This document shows, piece after piece, positions 58,178-64,000 of a DNA stretch of 64,000 nt (positions are counted from its first letter, which is position 1; the number at the start of each line of letters is the position of its first letter). Origin of the DNA: Patescibacteria group bacterium (GTDB lineage: Bacteria; Patescibacteriota; Minisyncoccia; Phycocordibacterales; UBA918). The translations under genes were made by a program, and so were the position numbers. The stretch is from NCBI GenBank assembly GCA_040386275.1, contig JAZKFU010000002.1:16858-80857 (forward strand). The letters run 5' to 3'. The notes beneath the pieces were generated by a model that was not told the DNA's origin, made no database searches, and worked only from the letters and a program-made list of their open reading frames with translations.

Positions 58178-59254
58178 TTACTTGATGCCGAAGACTTTTC
58201 TTAGGCCGGCTACGTGTTCTTCGTAGGTTTTGCTGCAGTAGAAGGTGCCGTCGGTGTCGTGGAAGTAAAAGAGACAGTCAGTTTGTCGGGGGTTGAGGGC
58301 GGCAATGACGGCATCAATTGAAGGGTTAGAGATTGGTTCTGGAGGCAAGCCCTCGTTTTGGTATGTGTTAAAGGGAGACTTGATGTATTTGTCAGCCGGG
58401 ACCGGGACTGGCCACCAGCGTTCATTGTTTTTGCCACCACGAGCATACTGTAAGGTGGCATCTATTTGTAACCGCATATCAATAAATAAACGATTCCAAA
58501 TCACTCCCGAGATGTACCGCATGTCTTCAAAATCATAGGCTTCTCGTTCAAGTAGGGAAGCGATAATCAAGGCGTCTTTCAAGGGTACTACTTCTTCGAT
58601 GTCACCTGTGTAGCGAGTTCTGATTTCGGCGTTAAACCGATCCGCCACCAATCGCGCCACATCCTCGGGGGTAGCTTCTTTGGTGATGGTGTATTTGCCC
58701 GGGTACATGGTTCCATTTTCAACCAAAGGATCCTCTTCGCGCATTCGGGTTATAAAATCCGCTTGTTTTTTTGCATCCCAGCGTAGAATTCGAGCAATGT
58801 TTTGTGTGACCTCCTCATTACGTTCACCTGAGTTAATAACGAGTGTTCGGCTAATTGGGGTAGCCAGATTTTGATACCAGTCCATGCGCGCTAATTTTGA
58901 TTGGAGCATCGCTAAAAAACCAGAGGGGGTTTTTATATTGGTATGATTGCTGGCAATTGAAGTATTAAGATATGATTCGATTAACGTATTTTCGGTAATG
59001 ATTTTTGTTTGTGGGTTAACGCTAACTGGAAAAGGAGTAACTACCGTGGCGTCCATTGGATTAATAGGGCTACTTTCAACTTCTGCATAAGAAATTACTT
59101 TTACTTGCAATAAAAAAATTAATATTGAAAATATAATTATCGCTAAAACAGTCAAAGGCCACACAACGTGTCTTCGAGCGATTGGTTTAGGATTTGCTAA
59201 TTGAAGTTTGGTTACTCGAACCATAATACGGGTTAGTATGACATAAAAAACCAC
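58178..59254 (-). CDS. mltG: Endolytic murein transglycosylase MltG (YceG-like)
   Basis: N-terminal TM plus YceG-like domain with C-terminal 'LFYFHDTDGTFYCSKTYEEH'. Confidence 0.8.
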   Translation of the reverse strand: MVFYVILTRIMVRVTKLQLANPKPIARRHVVWPLTVLAIIIFSILIFLLQVKVISYAEVESSPINPMDATVVTPFPVSVNPQTKIITENTLIESYLNTSIASNHTNIKTPSGFLAMLQSKLARMDWYQNLATPISRTLVINSGERNEEVTQNIARILRWDAKKQADFITRMREEDPLVENGTMYPGKYTITKEATPEDVARLVADRFNAEIRTRYTGDIEEVVPLKDALIIASLLEREAYDFEDMRYISGVIWNRLFIDMRLQIDATLQYARGGKNNERWWPVPVPADKYIKSPFNTYQNEGLPPEPISNPSIDAVIAALNPRQTDCLFYFHDTDGTFYCSKTYEEHVAGLRKVFGIK

Positions 59255-59286
59255 GAGTTGTAATCTTTTTTTTCGACAGGCGCTCA

Positions 59287-59724
59287 GTGTATAGGATGGT
59301 ATACTACATCTATATGAAATGGATTTTTAGATTTTTTGTTGTGCTGGGAGTGATATTTTTTGTACTAATTCTAGGGGTAGTCTATTTTGTGGTAGCCGAC
59401 CCTTATAATCTACGTCCCTTGGTCACTAGTTTGTACAATGCAACCACGGGTGAAGTGTCAGATGACATGGCTTCATCATCAATTACACATATGGAAACGC
59501 AAACTGCTAATGATAACTCCAGTGAAGATGTCGGAAGTTTAAGTGAAAATCAGGTCCAGGCCCTAGAGGCGGTTGGAATCGACAGGGATAGTGTCCCCTC
59601 ACAATTTTCGCCTGAGCAAACTGCTTGTTTTGTGGAAATATTAGGTCAAGCGCGCGTCGACGCAATTGTAGCGGGTGATACACCAACCCCTGCAGAATTT
59701 TTTCAAGCAAAAGGGTGTCTTTAG
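59287..59724 (+). CDS. Hypothetical membrane-anchored protein, 145 aa
   Basis: N-terminal TM helix followed by an acidic Ser-rich region. Confidence 0.45.
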   Translation: MYRMVYYIYMKWIFRFFVVLGVIFFVLILGVVYFVVADPYNLRPLVTSLYNATTGEVSDDMASSSITHMETQTANDNSSEDVGSLSENQVQALEAVGIDRDSVPSQFSPEQTACFVEILGQARVDAIVAGDTPTPAEFFQAKGCL

Positions 59725-59727
59725 TAT

Positions 59728-60486
59728 ATGAAAACGCTTCTCGTCTGTGTAGGAATATTTTCTGTTCTTGTAAGTATTATAGTTTATTTACTTATAGCGC
59801 AACGGGGGGATGACTCCATATCTGATACCACGCAACCCAGTGTTTCTTCAGGTGAAATAATTACGTTTGATCAAGCAACTGTGTACACGTGCACCCAAGG
59901 AGCGGTGATTGCTATTGCCTACAAAACAAACAATCGTACGGTAATGGAATTATCTTTGCCGAACGTTGGTCCACTCATTTTGACTAACAAAGAAAATCAG
60001 TATCAAAACGAGCAAGGGTACATTGTGTCTGAAAATTCCAGCGTGATTGAGGTAAAAAAAGATGGTGAAAATATATACACTACGTGCACGATTGGTACGC
60101 CGGCCGTAGCTCCTTCTTCAACTGAGATAGTGAGTGGTATCGGAGCCAATACTTCATACCGTTGGATAGAGACAACGTTTGCAACCGGAACTTCAGTTGT
60201 GCCAAACGCACCAGAAGATTTTATCCTTACCTTTGCTGCTGATAATCGTTTTAGTGCAAATACTGATTGTAATAATATCGGCGGCGGGTACGCCAGCGTG
60301 TCCTCTAATGAGCTACGTTTTACCGACATAATTTCAACCCGGATGGCCTGTATCGGAGATACCAAAGAAGGGGAATTCATTCTTCAGCTTGAACAAGTTT
60401 CATCGTATGAGATGAAAAATGGTGAACTGCTCTTGAATATTGCAGGCGCAGAAACGAGTGGTCAAATGAAATTTGTGGCACTGTAA
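59728..60486 (+). CDS. Membrane-anchored protein with MliC-like and META/HslJ-like (DUF306) domains
   Basis: 'ATVYTCTQGAVIAIAYK...TTCTIG' (MliC-like Cys pair) then 'DCNNIGGGY...MACIGD' (META domain). Confidence 0.5.
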   Translation: MKTLLVCVGIFSVLVSIIVYLLIAQRGDDSISDTTQPSVSSGEIITFDQATVYTCTQGAVIAIAYKTNNRTVMELSLPNVGPLILTNKENQYQNEQGYIVSENSSVIEVKKDGENIYTTCTIGTPAVAPSSTEIVSGIGANTSYRWIETTFATGTSVVPNAPEDFILTFAADNRFSANTDCNNIGGGYASVSSNELRFTDIISTRMACIGDTKEGEFILQLEQVSSYEMKNGELLLNIAGAETSGQMKFVAL

Positions 60487-60552
60487 CATAATGCAATAGC
60501 TCCTCGGTTACCCTCGCGTCTTTTGCTATCTGTGATAGAGTAGCACCTACAT

Positions 60553-61323
60553 ATGTCGAACACAGAATTAGTCTATATTTTTGGTAAGCATGCGGTCTTG
60601 GAGGCCTTGATTCATCGTCCAGAAATTATTAAAGAGCTCTATATAGAGCATGGTTTTACTGACGAAAAAATATTTAACCGTCTGACCAAAACAAAGATTG
60701 TTCCTAAGCCCCTTAACCCAAAACGTCTCCCGGGAGGGTTGCGTGGAGAAGCTGTACACCAGGGTATTATTGCGGGTATTGCGGTGCAACAACTGATGCG
60801 AGAATACAAGGAGTTTATGAGTACCGTCACGCCCGACCCTAGTACGTGTTTTTTAATCTTAGGAGAAGTACAAGATCCACATAATGTGGGAGCAGTCATC
60901 CGTAGCGCTGCCGCTTTTGGGTTAGCAGGAGTAATGATTCCGCCTCACAATCAAGCGCCGGTCACGGGGACGGTGGTTAAAGTTTCAGCGGGGATGGCGT
61001 TTCGAATTCCGCTTATTGAAATTCGCAATGTAAACGCTACCGTTCGTGATTTGAAAGATCGTGGGTTTTGGATTTATGGACTAGCCGGAGAAGGTGCGGT
61101 GGCAGTAACCACAGAAGTCTTTACGAAGCCCACGGCCTTTATTCTTGGTAATGAAGGAGCTGGTTTGCGAGAAAAGACGCGCGAAGTGTGTGATACGCTC
61201 GTCTCGATTCCCATGCATCCACGGTGCGAATCGCTTAACGCCGCCGCCTCTGCCGCTGTTGTAATGTATGCCTGGAGTGCTCAACATAATGCTGCTTTGT
61301 CCACGCCCGCTACGCTAAAGTAA
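60553..61323 (+). CDS. rlmB: TrmH/SpoU family 23S rRNA 2'-O-methyltransferase (RlmB-like)
   Basis: SPOUT signature 'LGNEGAGL' and 'VSIPMHPRCESLNAA'. Confidence 0.8.
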   Translation: MSNTELVYIFGKHAVLEALIHRPEIIKELYIEHGFTDEKIFNRLTKTKIVPKPLNPKRLPGGLRGEAVHQGIIAGIAVQQLMREYKEFMSTVTPDPSTCFLILGEVQDPHNVGAVIRSAAAFGLAGVMIPPHNQAPVTGTVVKVSAGMAFRIPLIEIRNVNATVRDLKDRGFWIYGLAGEGAVAVTTEVFTKPTAFILGNEGAGLREKTREVCDTLVSIPMHPRCESLNAAASAAVVMYAWSAQHNAALSTPATLK

Positions 61324-61398
61324 TACCCAAAAAAACTGAATTATGGTAAATTAAAGGTATCTCATTTTTTTGGAGAATTTACTGTAACTAATTTTTGT

Positions 61399-62313
61399 AT
61401 GCAAGATAATAATCAGACACCAGACACCCACGGAGGAGTGCCGGATCCGGAAACCAACGCTGTTTCTCCGACTACTCCAATGAACGAAGAAGCTATGCCA
61501 AGCACTCTACCTACTGAGTCGCCTGTTGAAGTAGCTCACCCGGAAGTACCTACGCCCGCAGCAGTTTCAGAAACACCCACAGCGGGAGAGTCATCAAAGA
61601 AACAATTTTTGATGCAGTATGGAATTGCTGCGTTAGTGGTATTAGTGATGGGTACCGGTTTAGCGTACGCTCTTGAACAACAAGGTCGCATCAATACCGG
61701 AGTATTTGATGCAATTGGTAGTGTTATTAAGCCTGAACCACTCGCCGCTAAAGTAAATGGTACTGGTATTACCTTGGCTGATTATGAAAAAAATCTCACT
61801 CAACTAAATACCGCTGCTACGCAACAAGGGGCAGATATTACGAATGAAAGTATTGCCCAAGAAATCAAAACCCAAGCGATTGATGTGTTAGTAAACACTG
61901 AACTCTTGCGACAAGAAGCGCGTAAAAATGGAGCTAATGTTACTGCCGAAGATATTGACGCTCGTTATGAAGAAATTCTTACCAGTATCGGTGGCGAAGA
62001 AAAATTGGCAGCTAAAATGACAGAACTTGGTATTACGCAAGAAAGTTTACGAAAAGATATTGAAGGTGAAATTTTAATCCAAGGACATTTAGCAGAAGCA
62101 GTTGATACTTCAAGTATCACGGTAACGGAAGATGACCTTAAAGCTGCGTACGCTCAAATTAGTGGAACGGCTGCAACGGGAGTTACTGTGCCACCACTAG
62201 AAGAAATTAAAACGCAACTGGAAGCTCAGTTAAAGACAAACAAAGAGCAAGAATTAGTGAATGCCTACATCACCAAATTACGAGAAGGGGCAGACATTGA
62301 AGTCTTGATTTAA
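61399..62313 (+). CDS. SurA N-terminal domain-containing chaperone-like protein
   Basis: Pro/Glu-rich N-terminus, TM, then SurA_N-like helical domain. Confidence 0.5.
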   Translation: MQDNNQTPDTHGGVPDPETNAVSPTTPMNEEAMPSTLPTESPVEVAHPEVPTPAAVSETPTAGESSKKQFLMQYGIAALVVLVMGTGLAYALEQQGRINTGVFDAIGSVIKPEPLAAKVNGTGITLADYEKNLTQLNTAATQQGADITNESIAQEIKTQAIDVLVNTELLRQEARKNGANVTAEDIDARYEEILTSIGGEEKLAAKMTELGITQESLRKDIEGEILIQGHLAEAVDTSSITVTEDDLKAAYAQISGTAATGVTVPPLEEIKTQLEAQLKTNKEQELVNAYITKLREGADIEVLI

Positions 62314-62361
62314 GATCGATACAACTGACCGTTTCACCGGTCGGTTGTATTATTTTTACAT

Positions 62362-63615
62362 ATGAGACACCAGAAATCTCCCCTCGCGCAGACTATTACT
62401 TATTATCCCAAAGATAGGTTGGCTACCTTCAGAAGTCTCTCGTTAGGAGAGCGTAGCGCTGTGTTTGCTGAACTTTCTAACCATTTACAGCAGCAAATAT
62501 TAGTTGATCTTACTATGACCGAAGCGGTCGATTTGGTAGATCATTTAGATTTACGCATGGCTGAAAAAGTCATTATGCGGATGCAAGACGCCCGCAGGCG
62601 GAGTAAAATTATCAAACGACTTAAAACAGAAGTTAGTGATAAGATAGAATATTTTTTACGCTTTCATCCTAAAGCTACAGCGACGCTGATTCATTTTAAT
62701 TATGTCTTGGTACCTGACACCGCTACGCTGGGTGAAGTCGGGGAGATTATAGACGCACACTATCAAGAACTCGGTAAATTTCCAGAAATTTTAGTGCAAG
62801 AAAACGGTGCACTCGTTGGGGAGATTTTGTTGACCACTCTCGTTAAAGAGCGTACTAATGCTCAGCTTGAAAAATTCATCAAACCTATTAAAACCATCTC
62901 ATACCAAGCGGAAGTGTCAGACATTGTAAATACCTTTACTGATTCAGAGCATAAAAAAATTGTCGTGCTTGATAATGATAATAGCGTACTCGGGATTATT
63001 TACGCAGATGATGCATTGACGTTATTTGGAAAATTGCCGGCTGAATCTTTGTATAATATTGCGGGCGTGGACGAAAGCGAACGACCTTTTGATAGTGTGG
63101 GTAAAAAATTTAGTCAACGCTATCGCTGGCTGATTCTCAACCTGGTTACCGCCTTTATTGCGGGCTCGGTTGTACTGATATTTACAGACACGGTAGAACA
63201 ACTCGCTATCTTGGCCGTTTATATTCCAATTGTGGCGGGGATGGGAGGAAATGCCGCGAGTCAGGCGTTTGCCGTTATGGTGCGAGGAATTACCATGGGT
63301 AGCGTGTCACTCGAAAGTGGGTTACCGGTTATTTGGAAGGAGGTGCAAGCAGGAGCCTTAAATGGTTTGGTTATTGGCGGAATCGTAGCGCTTATTTCAG
63401 TCGTTATTAATGGTAGCTGGTTACTGGGTGTAGTGGTTAGTTTGGCGATGATTACCGTACACATTGTGGCCGGTTTGTTTGGTGCATTTGTTCCACTAAT
63501 TTTAAAGCGAATGGGGAAAGATCCTGCATCTACGTCAATGATTTTTATTTCCACTGCAACTGACGTATTTGGTATCTTGGCCTTGCTTGGTTTTGGCTCA
63601 CTGATTTTACTCTAA
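62362..63615 (+). CDS. mgtE: Magnesium transporter MgtE
   Basis: N domain, tandem CBS pair and 5-TM C-terminal domain with 'GMGGNAASQ'. Confidence 0.85.
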   Translation: MRHQKSPLAQTITYYPKDRLATFRSLSLGERSAVFAELSNHLQQQILVDLTMTEAVDLVDHLDLRMAEKVIMRMQDARRRSKIIKRLKTEVSDKIEYFLRFHPKATATLIHFNYVLVPDTATLGEVGEIIDAHYQELGKFPEILVQENGALVGEILLTTLVKERTNAQLEKFIKPIKTISYQAEVSDIVNTFTDSEHKKIVVLDNDNSVLGIIYADDALTLFGKLPAESLYNIAGVDESERPFDSVGKKFSQRYRWLILNLVTAFIAGSVVLIFTDTVEQLAILAVYIPIVAGMGGNAASQAFAVMVRGITMGSVSLESGLPVIWKEVQAGALNGLVIGGIVALISVVINGSWLLGVVVSLAMITVHIVAGLFGAFVPLILKRMGKDPASTSMIFISTATDVFGILALLGFGSLILL

Positions 63616-63647
63616 CGAAGGTATTTTTTTCTGAGAATTTTTAGAAA

Positions 63648-63999
63648 CTACCGCGCCTCGTGATGACAACGACCACGAACTACTAAATCAATAGTGGTGA
63701 TATCAAAATCAGGTACGTTCAGTACTTCACGCAGTTGAGCTTCAGAAGCATTAAAGTGAATCACGCGATCACAACTGTTACAAATCGCATGGTGGTGGGG
63801 ATGGGCTTGGTATTCGTATTTGGCCTCGTTACCTTCGAGATGTAATTTTTTAATAATGCCTTCAGCCACAAATAAATCGAGGTTACGGTAAATGGTGACG
63901 ATATCGATAGTGGGGATGAGTTTATGAATATCCTGCGCTGAAAGCGTACCATGACTCTTTTTAAGCGTAGCGATAATTTCTTGTCGATGTTTGGTGAGG
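63648..63999 (-). CDS. Fur family transcriptional regulator (partial, N-terminus beyond the window end)
   Basis: Minus-strand translation '...YQAHPHHHAICNSCDRVIHF...VVRGRCHHEAR' carries Fur-family metal-binding His/Cys clusters. The ORF is open to the window edge. Confidence 0.8.
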   Translation of the reverse strand, partial: LTKHRQEIIATLKKSHGTLSAQDIHKLIPTIDIVTIYRNLDLFVAEGIIKKLHLEGNEAKYEYQAHPHHHAICNSCDRVIHFNASEAQLREVLNVPDFDITTIDLVVRGRCHHEAR

Positions 64000-64000
64000 C

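Overview
This 64-kb window reads like a small-genome, low-GC bacterium (roughly 40-45% G+C by eye), probably Patescibacteria/CPR-like. That is inferred from short proteins, tRNA genes without an encoded CCA, and a competence-type type IV pilus locus.

Gene content, in order:
- MacAB-like ABC efflux operon (ATPase truncated at the window start).
- Nitroreductase, then pyrB-pyrC behind a structured leader.
- A GC-rich patch (hypothetical protein plus TauE exporter), then recG.
- A second GC-rich islet carrying two hypothetical proteins and a promoter/terminator-bounded structured small-RNA or small-ORF locus.
- Malic enzyme, MFS transporter, recQ, msrA, comF.
- A complete type IV pilus/competence cluster: pilM-N-O, pilB, a response regulator, pilT, pilC, major pilin, pilD and four minor pilins.
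- ligA and gatC-gatA, followed by a membrane HEPN-like protein rather than gatB.
- Sugar nucleotidyltransferase, photolyase, prfB, ftsEX, pyrG.
- A block of hypothetical, secreted and cell-wall proteins, then rarA, mpg, mltG, rlmB, mgtE and a Fur-family regulator truncated at the window end.

RNA genes:
- Nine tRNA genes: Ile-UAU, Ser-GCU, a Ser-like tRNA with an odd anticodon loop, initiator-like Met-CAU, elongator Met-CAU, Asp-GUC, Thr-GGU, Gln-UUG.
- Plus one degraded tRNA-Gln copy.

The standout feature is a previously unnoticed family of composite repeats downstream of five tRNA genes, seven units in total. Each unit has this structure:
- a terminator-like hairpin;
- an INVERTED copy of the tRNA T-loop-to-3'-end segment, often split by a GAAAG-rich hairpin;
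- a 60-250 bp structured core falling into two conserved subfamilies;
- a DIRECT copy of the same tRNA 3' end.

One tRNA gene carries three units in tandem, with a small acidic ORF as cargo. These look like miniature tRNA-targeting integrative elements or tRNA-3'-mimic structured RNAs. No integrase, CRISPR array or rRNA gene is present in the window.
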